Origin: Candidatus Rokuibacteriota bacterium
GTDB taxonomy: Bacteria; Methylomirabilota; Methylomirabilia; Rokubacteriales; CSP1-6
Direction: 5' to 3'
DNA length: 64,000 bases
NCBI GenBank assembly: GCA_016193045.1
Contig: JACPSW010000006.1
Location: 1,116 to 65,115, forward strand
Both the position numbers and the translations under genes were made by a program. How positions within the stretch are numbered: the first letter of the stretch is position 1; every line of letters starts with the position of its first letter. Shown one piece after another: positions 26,769 to 37,184 of the stretch. The notes under the pieces are model-generated. The model was not told the DNA's origin, ran no database searches, and saw only the letters and a list, made by a program, of their open reading frames with translations.

Positions 26769-27725
26769 GTGAGTGCTCCCTACGGGCGCCACGGCCACGC
26801 CGGTTCGGGCGGGGCCGTGGCGCTGACCGTTTTCGTGCCCCCGCCCCGGCGATGGCGGCTGTCGGACCGCCAGGTCGGCGTCCTCTTCATGGTCCCGTTC
26901 ATCCTCGTGGCAGCGGCCTTCATCCTGTGGCCGGTCCTGGAGGCGGTCCGGCTCGCCTTCTACTCGAAAAGCCCCTTCCGCCCGACGATGACGTACGTGG
27001 GGCTCGATAACTTCCGCTACCTCTTCGGGGACCCGGTATTCTGGGCCGCGCTCCGGCAGGCTGTGGTCTGGACGCTCAGCTCGACGATCCTCCAATCGAT
27101 CCTCGGGGTCGGGCTGGCCCTCCTCCTTCACCAGGCGATCCGCGGGATCAACGTCTTCCGCGGGCTCCTCCTCTTCCCCTACATGGTGCCCACCGTCGTC
27201 ATCGCCCTGATCTGGCGGTGGATGTTCAACCCCGAGTTCGGGATCATCAACGCCACCCTGCTCCGGTTCGGGGTGATCGAGAAGAACATCTACTGGTTCT
27301 CGGAGCCGACCTGGGCGATGGCATCGGTCATCCTCCTGAACGTCTGGAAGTTCACCCCGTTCGTGGTGATCTGCGTGCTCGCCCGTCTCCAGATGATCCC
27401 GGTCGATCTCTACGACGCGGCGCGCGTCGACGGGGCTTCGGCCTGGCAACGGTTCCGCGACATCACGCTCCCGCAGCTCAAGGCCGTCCTCTCGGTGGTC
27501 GTCGTCTTCCGGACGATCTGGACCTTCAACAAGTTCGAGGAGATCTACCTCCTCACGCGTGGCGGGCCGGGCACCTCGACGTTCAACCTGGCCGTGTACG
27601 GGTTCGAGCAGGCTACGGCGAATCTCAAGCTCGGCGTCGCCGCGGCCACCGGGGTCGTGATGCTGGCGCTACTGTTCACGGGGAGCGCGCTGTACCTGCG
27701 CCTGATCGGGCGCCAGGAGGAGTGA
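26769..27725 (+). CDS. ABC transporter permease (MalF/UgpA-like)
   Basis: Six-TM binding-protein-dependent permease with EAA-loop region. GTG start. Confidence 0.85.
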   Translation: MSAPYGRHGHAGSGGAVALTVFVPPPRRWRLSDRQVGVLFMVPFILVAAAFILWPVLEAVRLAFYSKSPFRPTMTYVGLDNFRYLFGDPVFWAALRQAVVWTLSSTILQSILGVGLALLLHQAIRGINVFRGLLLFPYMVPTVVIALIWRWMFNPEFGIINATLLRFGVIEKNIYWFSEPTWAMASVILLNVWKFTPFVVICVLARLQMIPVDLYDAARVDGASAWQRFRDITLPQLKAVLSVVVVFRTIWTFNKFEEIYLLTRGGPGTSTFNLAVYGFEQATANLKLGVAAATGVVMLALLFTGSALYLRLIGRQEE

Positions 27726-27729
27726 GCGC

Positions 27730-28623
27730 ATGACCTACGAGACACGCCGTCGCCTGCGGCTCGTCCTGCTGTATACCACCCTGGTGACCGTCACGGTCGT
27801 CATCTGCTTCCCCCTGGCCTGGGCCCTGGTCACCTCGGTGAAGCCCAACGACGAGATGCTCCGGCTCCCGCCGACCTTCCTCCCCGAGCGCCTGACTGCC
27901 GACCACTACCGGGCGCTCCTCACGGGGCGCGCCATGTACTTCGAGGCCGCCACCGGGTACCGGCCGAAGACCGCGCCGCCCCAGCACTTCCTCGCGTGGT
28001 TCTTCAACAGCGTGGTGGTGAGTGTCGGCACCACCGTGATCAGCGTGGGGGTGAGCACGCTGGCGGCCTACAGCCTCACCCGGTTTTCGTTTCCGGGGCA
28101 GCGGTTCTTCTCCTATTTCAGCCTGATGGGCTACATGGTGCCCTCCGTCATCTTCGTGTTCCCGCTCTTCCTCCTTATGGCGCGGCTGGGGCTCACGGAT
28201 CGGCTGCCGAGCCTGGTCCTGGGCTACATCAGCATCACGCTGCCATTCTGCCTCTGGCTCATGTGGGCGTTCTTCCGCGGCATCCCCCTCGAGGTGGAGG
28301 AGGCCGGGCTCATCGACGGCGCGAGCCGGCTTCAGGTGTTCTGGCAGATCGTCCTCCCGCTCGCGCTCCCCGGGATCATCGCGACCTCGATTTTCTCTTT
28401 TGTCGTCTCGTGGAACGACTACCTGATCGCCCGGATCTTCATGAACTCGATCAGCCAGCTTCCCCTCACGGTCGGCGTGATGCACTTCTTCGAGGGGGTG
28501 CACGTGGACTGGGGCCTCATGATGGCCTCGGCGGTGCTGATGACGCTCCCCCTCTCCATCCTCTTCATGCTGGTGCAGCGGCATCTCATCGTGGGGTTCG
28601 GCGCCGGGGCCGTGAAGGGGTAG
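27730..28623 (+). CDS. ABC transporter permease (MalG/UgpE-like)
   Basis: Permease with EAA motif (EEAGLIDGASRLQVFWQIVLPLALPG). Confidence 0.85.
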   Translation: MTYETRRRLRLVLLYTTLVTVTVVICFPLAWALVTSVKPNDEMLRLPPTFLPERLTADHYRALLTGRAMYFEAATGYRPKTAPPQHFLAWFFNSVVVSVGTTVISVGVSTLAAYSLTRFSFPGQRFFSYFSLMGYMVPSVIFVFPLFLLMARLGLTDRLPSLVLGYISITLPFCLWLMWAFFRGIPLEVEEAGLIDGASRLQVFWQIVLPLALPGIIATSIFSFVVSWNDYLIARIFMNSISQLPLTVGVMHFFEGVHVDWGLMMASAVLMTLPLSILFMLVQRHLIVGFGAGAVKG

Positions 28624-28625
28624 CG

Positions 28626-29726
28626 ATGGAGATCCGGCTCCAGGGGGTCGAGAAGGTCTTCGGCCGGGGGGCGCGGACGGTCCGGGCCGTTCGCGCGCTC
28701 GACCTGGTCATCCCGAGCGGGGAGTTCGTGACGCTGGTGGGGCCGAGCGGGTGCGGGAAGACCACGACGCTTCGGATGATCGCGGGGCTGGAGCGGCCGA
28801 CGGCTGGGCGGATCTTCTTCGGGGACAGGGACGTGACGGACTGGGAGCCCCGGGACCGGAACGTCGCGATGGTCTTCCAGAACTACGCCCTCTACCCGCA
28901 CATGAACGTCTTCCGGAACCTGGCCTACGGGCTCCGGGTGCGCCGGACGGCGCCGGAGGTGATCGACCGGCAGGTCCAGGACACGGCGCGCGTCCTGGAG
29001 ATCGGCTCCTATCTCGACCGCAAGCCCCGCGAGCTCTCGGGGGGCCAGCGCCAGCGCGTTGCCCTCGGGCGGGCCATCGTCCGCAACCCGGCGGTGTTCC
29101 TCATGGACGAGCCGCTGTCCAACCTGGATGCGAAGCTCCGCCTGACGACGCGGGCCGAGCTCAAGCGGCTCCACCTCGAGCTCCGGACGACGACGGTGTA
29201 CGTGACCCACGACCAGCTCGAAGCCATGACGATGTCGGACCGCGTGGCCGTGATGCATGACGGCGTGCTTCAGCAGTACGACGGGCCGGCGGTCCTCTAC
29301 GAGCGCCCGGTCAACACGTTCGTGGCCGGGTTCATCGGGTCACCCCCCATGAATTTCCTGCCGGCGACGGTGGAGCGGAGCCAAACGGGGATGGCCCTTC
29401 AGGTGGCGGGTGTGACCGTGGCCCTGCCCGACCCGCTCCGGCGCGCGCTCGATCAGCGGGCGGAGCGCCGGCAGGTCGTCCTGGGGGTCCGCCCGGAGCA
29501 CCTCCGGTTTCAGTCGCCACAGGTGGCCGGCGTGCTGCCGGCGCGGGTCTTCGTGGTCGAGCCTGTGGGAGCGGAGACGTACGTGGACCTCTTGGTGAAT
29601 GGTCACCGGGTGGTCGCGCGGGTGGACGCCGACACGGCGGTGAGCGTGGACGACAAGGTCGGGCTGGTGGTGGACCTGCGCCGGATTCACCTCTTCGACG
29701 GGGAGACCGGGCAGGCCATCCGCTGA
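28626..29726 (+). CDS. ABC transporter ATP-binding protein (MalK/UgpC-like with C-terminal TOBE domain)
   Basis: Walker A GPSGCGKTT, signature LSGGQRQRV, Walker B FLMDEPLSNLD. Confidence 0.9.
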   Translation: MEIRLQGVEKVFGRGARTVRAVRALDLVIPSGEFVTLVGPSGCGKTTTLRMIAGLERPTAGRIFFGDRDVTDWEPRDRNVAMVFQNYALYPHMNVFRNLAYGLRVRRTAPEVIDRQVQDTARVLEIGSYLDRKPRELSGGQRQRVALGRAIVRNPAVFLMDEPLSNLDAKLRLTTRAELKRLHLELRTTTVYVTHDQLEAMTMSDRVAVMHDGVLQQYDGPAVLYERPVNTFVAGFIGSPPMNFLPATVERSQTGMALQVAGVTVALPDPLRRALDQRAERRQVVLGVRPEHLRFQSPQVAGVLPARVFVVEPVGAETYVDLLVNGHRVVARVDADTAVSVDDKVGLVVDLRRIHLFDGETGQAIR

Positions 29727-29740
29727 GTCCGCGGGGGAGG

Positions 29741-31021
29741 GTGCCGATGCGCGAGTATCTGAAGAAGGCCCGGCCGCGCAGCCGGGAGACCGATGAGGCG
29801 GTCGCGCGGACGGTGGAGCGGATCCTGGCCGATGTGCGGAGTGGCGGCGACGCGGCCGTCCGCCGCTACTCCGAGCAGTTCGACCGGTGGTCGCCGCCGA
29901 GCTTCCGGGTGAGCCCGGAGACGATCCGCGAGGTGACGGCGACCCTCCCCGAGCGCGTGAGGGCGGACATCGACTTCTCGCGGGACCAGATCGCATCCTT
30001 CGCGCGCCGGCAGCGGGACAGTCTCGCCGAGTTCGAGGTGGAGGCGCCGGCCGGGGTCGTGCTCGGCCAGCGCCTGATTCCCGTGGCAGCGGTGGCGGCG
30101 TACGTCCCGGGCGGTCGGTACCCGCTGGTCGCGTCCGCCCTGATGAGCATCGTGACGGCCAAGGTCGCCGGGGTCTCCCGGCTCGTCGCGTGCTCGCCCC
30201 CCGTGGCCGACGGGAGGGGCATCTACCCGGCTACGCTCTACGCCATGACGAGCGCGGGGGCGGACGAGATCTACTGCCTGGGTGGCGTCCAGGCGCTCGC
30301 GGCGATGGCCTATGGCACCGAGACGATCCGGCCGGTCGACATGCTCGTCGGCCCGGGCAATCAGTACGTGGCCGAGGCTAAGCGACAGCTCTTCGGGGTG
30401 GTGGGGATCGACCTCCTGGCAGGTCCGACGGAAATCCTCGTCATCGCCGACGGCACGGCCGATCCGGAGGTGGTGGCCGCCGACCTGCTCGGGCAGAGCG
30501 AGCACGGCCCGACGTCCTGGGCCGTGCTCGTCACCCCCTCGAGAGCGCTCGGGGAGGCGGTGATCGCGGAAGTGGAGCGGCTCTTGCCCACGTTGCCCAC
30601 GCGGGAGGTGGCGGCCGAGTCCTGGGCGGCCAATGGGGAAGTGATCGTGGTCGCGAGCGACGAGGAGGCGGTAGCGGTGTCCGACGAGTACGCGCCCGAG
30701 CACCTGGAGGTCCAGACGCGCGACCCCCGCTGGTATCTCGAGCGCCTCCGAAACTACGGGTCGCTCTTCTTGGGCGAGGAGGCGACCGTGGCCTACTCGG
30801 ACAAGAGTGTCGGGACCAACCACATCCTGCCGACGGGGCGCGCGGCGCGGTATACCGGGGGGCTCTGGGTCGGCAAGTTCCTCAAGACCGTGACCTATCA
30901 GCAGCTCAGCCGCGCGGCGAGCATCCGGATCGCTCCGGTCGTCGCCCGCATCTGCCAGCTGGAGGGGATGCTCGCCCACGGGGTGACCGCGGACTTGCGT
31001 TTGAGGAAGTATCGCGGATAG
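29741..31021 (+). CDS. Histidinol dehydrogenase-family (HisD-like) NAD-dependent dehydrogenase embedded in a sugar ABC operon
   Basis: HisD-fold motifs (LIPVAAVAAYVPGGRYPLVASALMSIVTAKVAGV; GPGNQYVAEAKRQLFG; EHLEV). Operon context suggests a polyol or sugar-acid substrate (cf. HpsN-type paralogs) rather than histidinol. Confidence 0.75.
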   Translation: MPMREYLKKARPRSRETDEAVARTVERILADVRSGGDAAVRRYSEQFDRWSPPSFRVSPETIREVTATLPERVRADIDFSRDQIASFARRQRDSLAEFEVEAPAGVVLGQRLIPVAAVAAYVPGGRYPLVASALMSIVTAKVAGVSRLVACSPPVADGRGIYPATLYAMTSAGADEIYCLGGVQALAAMAYGTETIRPVDMLVGPGNQYVAEAKRQLFGVVGIDLLAGPTEILVIADGTADPEVVAADLLGQSEHGPTSWAVLVTPSRALGEAVIAEVERLLPTLPTREVAAESWAANGEVIVVASDEEAVAVSDEYAPEHLEVQTRDPRWYLERLRNYGSLFLGEEATVAYSDKSVGTNHILPTGRAARYTGGLWVGKFLKTVTYQQLSRAASIRIAPVVARICQLEGMLAHGVTADLRLRKYRG

Positions 31022-31066
31022 CCCCGTGCGGGGGTCTCATAAGCCCGGAGCGAAACCCGCCCCCAT

Positions 31067-31097
31067 CGGGAAGTCGCGGATTTCCCGAGCGGTTTTT
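31067..31097 (+). terminator. Hairpin cgggaa..ttcccg plus T-run after the hisD-like gene
   Basis: cgggaagtcgcggatttcccg, then agcggttttt. The T-run is the first bases of repeat copy 2. Confidence 0.55.
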
Positions 31098-31172
31098 CAT
31101 TTGCTCGTTGGCTGGCGGGGGCGGGTTTTGGGCAGGTTTCGGGCCGTCGCGGGCACATTTCCGGGGCACGCC
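31088..31172 (+). repeat. Copy 2 of the roughly 90-bp repeat family (core TTTTTCATTTGCTCGTTGGCTGG ... CGGGCACATTTCCGGGGCACGCC)
   Basis: See copy 1. It sits at the left edge of the 31.0-33.3 kb low-GC insertion. Confidence 0.75.
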
Positions 31173-31403
31173 AACTGGAGCACGATCAGATGTTGTACGC
31201 GAATCCTTCGCGCTCCTCGACGCCAGAGAGCGCGGCCTGCCTCAAGAAGTAGCGTGTCGCGTCGAGCGTAAGGCGGCGCTACTTCGCATGGTGAACTGGT
31301 GTGGTCACTCCTAGGTGTTTTTGCACCGGGGCCTGAGCTGGGTGGCAACTCGCGGCTCGTTCCGGTGTGAAGCTGGCGGGCTAGGACTCCACAGAAGGCG
31401 CGG

Positions 31404-32408
31404 CTACTTCTTGCCCCCTCCAGGTGCGGGCACTGGCATAACTGGACCCGGCCCGACCGTGAAAACCTGCACAACTCTGATGTAGGCGTCGCCGCGTGAG
31501 TTCTCGATAATCCGATACGCGCCAGTGCCTCCGAACGTGAGTAACAGCGTGTGATACACCGTCATCACTGCATCATGAAGAGGCCTGTCTTCGTTCAGGA
31601 TCTTGACCGGCACGCCCTGTGCTCGAAGCTCCCTCACCCCGACGCGGGCACCGTGCGACTTGAACTGATTGTGATCTCCGAGGTAATCGACGACCTTCTT
31701 GGCTGCGGCTTCGGCGGCAGCAGGATCATCCGGTGAGTTGAACATCCCCGTCTTGAGCCATTGCATCACATACCGCTTCGAGAGTTCTATCGCGTTCAGG
31801 CACTGCTGATAAAGCGATGGCCCATACTGCTGAAGAATGGGGATCCAGGCAGCGAGCTTCTTGGGATCCTTCCCGATTATGTCCTGGGCCTTCTCGAACT
31901 GGTCAATGATGGCTTGCGCGGGAGCCGCGACGGGCACGCCGTCAGCCTTCACGAAGCGAAACTGAGGGTCGATCGGTCCCAGCTCCGCATTGTGCTCCAT
32001 CATGAGCTCGTGTCCAGACAGAGCAACCATTGTCGCCGCGCTCTTCGCCACGCCGGGGATGATGAAGCGGATTTGATCGAACTTCGACCGCAGGATCTGA
32101 ACAATGGAGTCCGCGGCATCGGGAAGGCCGCCGGGACTGTACAACATTACGTCGGCTACCTTGTCGGTCAGTCCTTGGGTGACCTCAAGGAATCCTTCGC
32201 GGTCGGTCAGGTCGATCTCAACGTCGCCTTGGCACGCGCTGACCTTGCCCTTGTTGAGGAAGTCAGTCGCGTAGACGATCAACGGCCGCCCAGTGATTTT
32301 CTCGACCGCTACGTACTTCTCGCGGCGAAACTTGTCGAAATCGATGTTTCCGTTCGGGAGCTTCGGGCGTTTGTCGAGTTCGATTCTGACCGCGTTCCAG
32401 GAGGCCAT
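31404..32408 (-). CDS. SppA/S49-like (SDH_sah-type, ClpP-fold) serine peptidase family protein
   Basis: LYSPGGLPDAADSI and GVAKSAATMVALSGHEL resemble the S49 oxyanion and Ser motifs. About 55% GC. No signal peptide. Confidence 0.55.
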   Translation of the reverse strand: MASWNAVRIELDKRPKLPNGNIDFDKFRREKYVAVEKITGRPLIVYATDFLNKGKVSACQGDVEIDLTDREGFLEVTQGLTDKVADVMLYSPGGLPDAADSIVQILRSKFDQIRFIIPGVAKSAATMVALSGHELMMEHNAELGPIDPQFRFVKADGVPVAAPAQAIIDQFEKAQDIIGKDPKKLAAWIPILQQYGPSLYQQCLNAIELSKRYVMQWLKTGMFNSPDDPAAAEAAAKKVVDYLGDHNQFKSHGARVGVRELRAQGVPVKILNEDRPLHDAVMTVYHTLLLTFGGTGAYRIIENSRGDAYIRVVQVFTVGPGPVMPVPAPGGGKK

Positions 32409-32411
32409 CTA

Positions 32412-32600
32412 CTAGGCAGGCTGCGTAGAAGATCCCGTGTGAGTCACAGAAGGGTACAAGGCGCGGAGCGCTCGCTCGTACTCGGAAGACGCGATGCCGA
32501 AGACTTCGAGGGCCTCCACCAAATCTGGATTCTCGGACATGAAGTCAGCGATGGCCTGCTCGATCTCGTTTTTCGTGGTCGCCGGGTCCGACATCGTCAC
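32412..32600 (-). CDS. Small acidic helical protein (62 aa) co-oriented directly upstream of the peptidase gene
   Basis: MTMSDPATTKNEIEQAIADFMSENPDLVEALEVFGIASSEYERALRAL... 4-nt gap to the peptidase ORF. Confidence 0.4.
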   Translation of the reverse strand: MTMSDPATTKNEIEQAIADFMSENPDLVEALEVFGIASSEYERALRALYPSVTHTGSSTQPA

Positions 32601-33126
32601 ACCCCCTCTCTGCTCGTGTCGTGCGCTCCCCCGAAACAGAGAGCACCGGCCATTGAGTGAAGCAAGATCCGCGCCCGAGAGAACCCCGCGACTAAAGATA
32701 CCTTAGTGTATTACAAGACTCTGATTTTTCAATGAAAAACAGAGCTGGCCGCGCCCCCTCGGCGTGGGCTGCGATTCCCCACCTGCGCCAAATCGTCGGG
32801 AATTTTGACACGCTCAGTCCTGCCCTTTGTCGCTTGGGCACACCGAGCGTAACTCTCCGGCCAGCGTTCCGCAAGACCCGGCCACGACGGCTAACCGCCC
32901 AAAATGCCGAGACGAGTGCACCGAATGAGCCTGCCCGCGGATCACCAGCAGGTTTCCCGGCGTTCTGGGGCTTCGCCGCCGCCCGTCTAGCCCGTTCATC
33001 ACCGCCAGCACACGTCCCGGCTTCTGTTCTTCCAAGTTCGTAATCAGCAGGGCGTGAGTTGGAGTCCCACCGCCGGCTCGAGAACCTGCCCACATCGGTC
33101 CGAGCCCCCTTCTGTGCGCCTATGTC

Positions 33127-33250
33127 TTACGCTCCGGATTCCTTCCACGTCTCGATCAACCGGTCCAGATCGGCCCTGTCGAAGAGGAGCTTTCGCAGCT
33201 CTCCGCCGTTGGGCAGAGGGACTCTGACTCGTCGAAGCACTCCAGCCGGG
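33127..33250 (-). pseudogene. Degenerate AlpA/Xis-like HTH gene remnant
   Basis: Own translation: ...GVLRRVRVPLPNGGELRKLLFDRADLDRLIETWKESGA*. Homologous to the C-terminus of the 23550..23861 protein (LIRIERADLDRLIETRKELA). In-frame stop a few codons upstream. Confidence 0.35.
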
Positions 33251-33440
33251 GCCTGAACTCGTCGTCATCCAGGCGCTCCTGCCCGGTAGCGGCGGGCGCG
33301 ACGTGACCCGCGGCACCACGCCCTTCGTCCTGTGCTCCTGGTGGTGCTGCTCTTCCTGGCCCCGCCCCTGGCCCTCGGGCTCCCGCGCACGATGGAGGTG
33401 CGATGACGCGGGGCACCCGAAGGGGCTGTGCAGGTTGAAG

Positions 33441-36400
33441 TCAGCCCGGGAACGCGAGCGCCGCCGGGGGTACGAGCTCCCCGCCTCCGTCGCGGGCGCT
33501 CCGGGGGCGTTCTTCGGGCGAGGGCGCGAGGGCTTCCACCAGCACCGCCTGGACGCTCTCGAAGGCGAACGGTTTCGCCAGCACGAAGTCCACGCCCTTC
33601 GCCCGGGCCTCGTCGGGGTTCAACTGCTCCCCCCAGCCGGTGAGGAGCATGACGGGGGTCCCGGGGCTGTGAAGCTTGACGCGCCTGGCGACCTCCCAGC
33701 CGGTCAAGGTCGGTGATGACGAGGTCGAACCACTCGCCCTCCAGCCGGGCGAGAGCGGCCTCGGCATCCGAGAACGCGCTCACCGCGTGCCCGCGGGAGG
33801 CGAGGTATTCCCGGAGGACCTCGCCGACCTCGGCCTCGTCGTCGACCACCAGGATCCTGCCGGCTCTGGTCTCCTGTGGGATCGAGACAGCGACTGCAGA
33901 TTCCATCTTCCCCTCCACGACCGGCAGCCAGATCGTGAACGTGCTGCCGTGTCCGACTTGACTCTCGACGTCGATGTCCCCGCCGTGCCGCGTCACGATG
34001 CCGTGCACGATGCTCAGGCCCAGCCCCGTCCCCTTTTCGTGCTTCGTGGTGAAGAACGGGTCGAACACGCGGCGCTTCACCTCATCCGGCATCCCCACCC
34101 CCGTGTCGGTCACCCGGCAATACACGCGCGTGCCCTCCACCCCGGTCCGGAGTGTTACCCGGCCGCCCTCCGGCATGGCGTCCAGCGCGTTGAACAGAAG
34201 GTTGGTGATCGCCTCTCGCAGCTCGGACGGGTCGCCCATCGTCGGCGGCACGATCCCCGGTTCCACCACCACGTCGTACGCGAGGCTCCGGGCCTCGGCC
34301 TCGTCCTTCCACCGGGACTGGGTCAGCCCCCTGATGTCCTCGACGATCTGGCTCAGGTTGACCTGCTGGAACGGGCGGGCGCGCCGCATCCGGGTGAATT
34401 CCTGGATCCGCCGGACGGTCCGGGCGGCGTCGGACGCCGCTCGGTCGATGATCTTCATCTGCCGCTCCCCCTCGGGGTCGCCGGTCTGGCTGAGGAGCAA
34501 CCGGGTCCGCCCGAGGATGATCGCCAGGGCGTTGTTGAAGTCATGAGCCACTCCGCCCGCCATCTCGCCGAGCGCCCGGAGCCGCTCGGTCCGGACGATC
34601 CGCTGCTGGGAGGTCTCGATCGTCGCCACGGCCTCCTGGAGCTTCCCGATGAGCTCGGCCTTCTCGATGGCGATCGCGGCCTGATCCGCCAGGAGTTGCA
34701 TCAGCTCCCGCTCCTCGCCGCTGAACCCGCGCGCCTCGCCGAACACCAGGGCCAGCACGCCGATGACGCGGTCGCCGGTGATCAGGGGGATCCCGGCGAA
34801 CGCGTAGAGGCCCCGGGCATCGGCCAGCCGCCGGTTGATCACCCGGGAATCCTGGTGCAGATCCGTCACGTAGACGGGCTGCCTATCGGCCAGGACGGCC
34901 CCGACCAGCCCGCGACCGTACGCAACCGTCGTGAACCCCTGGCTCGCCTCGGTGGTTTCGGTATCGGCGGCGAAGCTGGCCCGCACGCGCAGGACGCGGT
35001 CGGTGGGATCGTCCACCCAGACCCGGGTCAGCTTCGCTCCCAGCAGGCTGGCCGCGGCCCGGGCGACCGCGTCGAAGACCTGGCCGGCGTCCGAGGCGGA
35101 GATCATGAGCCGCGTGAGCGAGCTCAGGGTCTTGAGCTTTTCGGCGCGCGCTTCCGCGCGCTGATACAGGCTCGCATTCTGCAGGGCCAGCGCGGCCTGG
35201 CTGGCGATGGTCACGGCGAGGTCGATCTGGTCCCGGGACCAGGACGAGGGCTCCGGCTGGTCCACCATCATCGTGCCCACGACCTGATCCTGGTGGATCA
35301 GCGGGAGCACCAGGGCCGAGTGGAGCCCGAAGGTCTCGCACCAGGCCGCGGGGATGGCCGTCGTGGCCGCCGTGTCCTCGATCACGACCGGCAGCCGCGT
35401 GCGGATCGCCTCGGCGTGAGCCAGGACCTCCTCCAGACGTTCCGGCTTCATCGCCTTGAACTGTTCCCACTGCCGCCCGTCCGCGTGGCCGTCCGCGAAC
35501 TGCGACATGACCGGCACGAGCCGGTCGCCCTGCATGAGGTTGACGGAACAGCGCTGCGCGCCGACGGCCCGGGCCGTCCGCTGGGCGATGATCTTCAGCG
35601 CGGCGCGCAGGTCCAGGGTCGAGCCGAGGGCGCGCGAGATCTCGAGGAGGGCCTCAGCGGCCTCACGCCGACGCTGCGTCTCCGTGAACAGGCGGACGTT
35701 CTCCACGGCCATCCCGATCTGCCGGGAGATGGCCCCGAAGAACTCCGGCGGGTGGAGCCCGAACCCGGTCACCCGGCGGCTGACCAGGATCACGACGCCG
35801 ACGCTCTTGTCGTCGGCCATGAGGGGCAGCAGGGCGGCCGACCGGAGCCCGTCCCGCGCCAGCCGCCTCCTTGAGCGCGCCCTTGAGGGAGGGCGGGTGC
35901 GAGGTCTCCAGGACCTCCGCTCGGTCCGGACCAGAAATCCGGATGAGGCCGCCGTCTGCGCCGGTCATCTCCGTGATCTTCGCCAGGGCGGCGTCCAGGG
36001 TCTCCTCCAGGTGGCCGGTTGGGCTCAGCGGGGTGACCAGGGCGTAGAGCGCCGACAGGTCGCGGGTTTTCTCCGCCACCTTGCGCTCCAGGCCCTCCCG
36101 TGAGAGGCGGAGTTGCTCCGCCATCTCGTTGAACTCGCGGGCGAGGGCCTCGATCTCGTGGCTGGCCGTGATTTCCAGGCGGTGGCGCAGGTCGCCGCGG
36201 GAGATCCGGGCGGCCCCCTCCTGGAGCTGCCGGATCGGGCGGGCGATGCGCGCGCTGAACCAGTAGCTCAGGCCGAAGCTCCCCACGAGGGCCACGAAAA
36301 TGAGCGCGGTGGCGATCCGCTTCACGCGGCTCACCCCGGCCAGGGCGGTAGCCTCGGGCTCCTCGATGATGACGACCCAGCCCGTCCGGGGAACGATTGC

Positions 36401-37180
36401 GAAGGCGCTGATGACGCCCGCGCCGTCCGAGGGGCGGCGGCCGCCCTCGATGACGCGGCCGTTGTCGCGGGCCCCGGCGCGGGCCAGTCGGAACGCCGGG
36501 TGGTCCGCGAGGCTCACGCCGAGGAGGACCCGCGAGTAGTCCCGGTGAGCGATGAGCCGGCCGACGCGATCCACCACGAAGGCGGAGCCCCCCCGGCCCA
36601 CCGTGAGGTCGGCGATCGGGTCCCAGAGCGTCTTCAGGTTGATCTCCGCAAGGAGGACTCCGCGGATGTCGGTGGCGGTGAACTTGATGGGCACGCCCAC
36701 CCGGACCATCGGTTCGGCCGTGGCGCCGTGGAAGACGTCGCCGACGTACACCTCGCCCGCGACGGCCCGCCGGAACCCGGGGTCGGCCTCCACGGATGCG
36801 CCCAGGTCGGCCCCCGTGTAGACGCGGTGGCGCGCCAGGCGGGAGACGACGCGCCCTCCCGCGTCCGCCAGGCGCACCTCCTGGACCGTCGGGGCGAGCT
36901 TCAGCAGGCGGTAGAGGATTTCCTTCTGGCTGCCGGGCCTCTCGCGCCAGAGCCGGCCCAGCTCGGTGGCGGCCGTCAGTTCCGCGATCTGGTGGTCCAT
37001 GAACTCCTGGATTTGATCGGCGGCCCGGCCGGCCACTTCCTGGTGGTGGGCCGCCACCGCCTGCCGCAGGGCCGGCTCCACCGTGAGCCGCCACACGATG
37101 GAGACGATCACCACCAGCACCGCCAGGGCGCTGGCTAGGGCCCAGAAGAGCCGGGAACGGAGCGTCTTCCGACGGAGCAC
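33441..37180 (-). pseudogene. Giant hybrid sensor kinase (TM, dCache-like, HAMP, GAF x3, HisKA, HATPase_c, REC) split by at least two frameshifts
   Basis: Three consecutive ORFs in different frames: 35663..37180 (TM/Cache/HAMP), 33700-35850 (GAF...HisKA HDFNNALAIILGRTRLL...HATPase...REC up to VITDL) and 33441..33767 (rest of REC: TGWEVARRVKLHSPGTPVMLLTGWGEQ...). Junctions at about 35850 and 33705. Confidence 0.8.
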
Positions 37181-37184
37181 CGGG

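Noticed and set aside
31105-31130. Sigma54 (-24 TGGC / -12 TTGC) or sigma70 promoter inside the repeat core (cTTGGCTgg)
   Set aside because: No -12 GC element at the right spacing, and no -10-like hexamer 17 nt downstream in any copy.
32692-33093. ORFs 32692..33093 (-) and 32732..33043 (+) as cargo genes of the mini-island
   Set aside because: Mutually overlapping, Arg/Ala-rich and motif-free. The region is more plausibly a non-coding island border.
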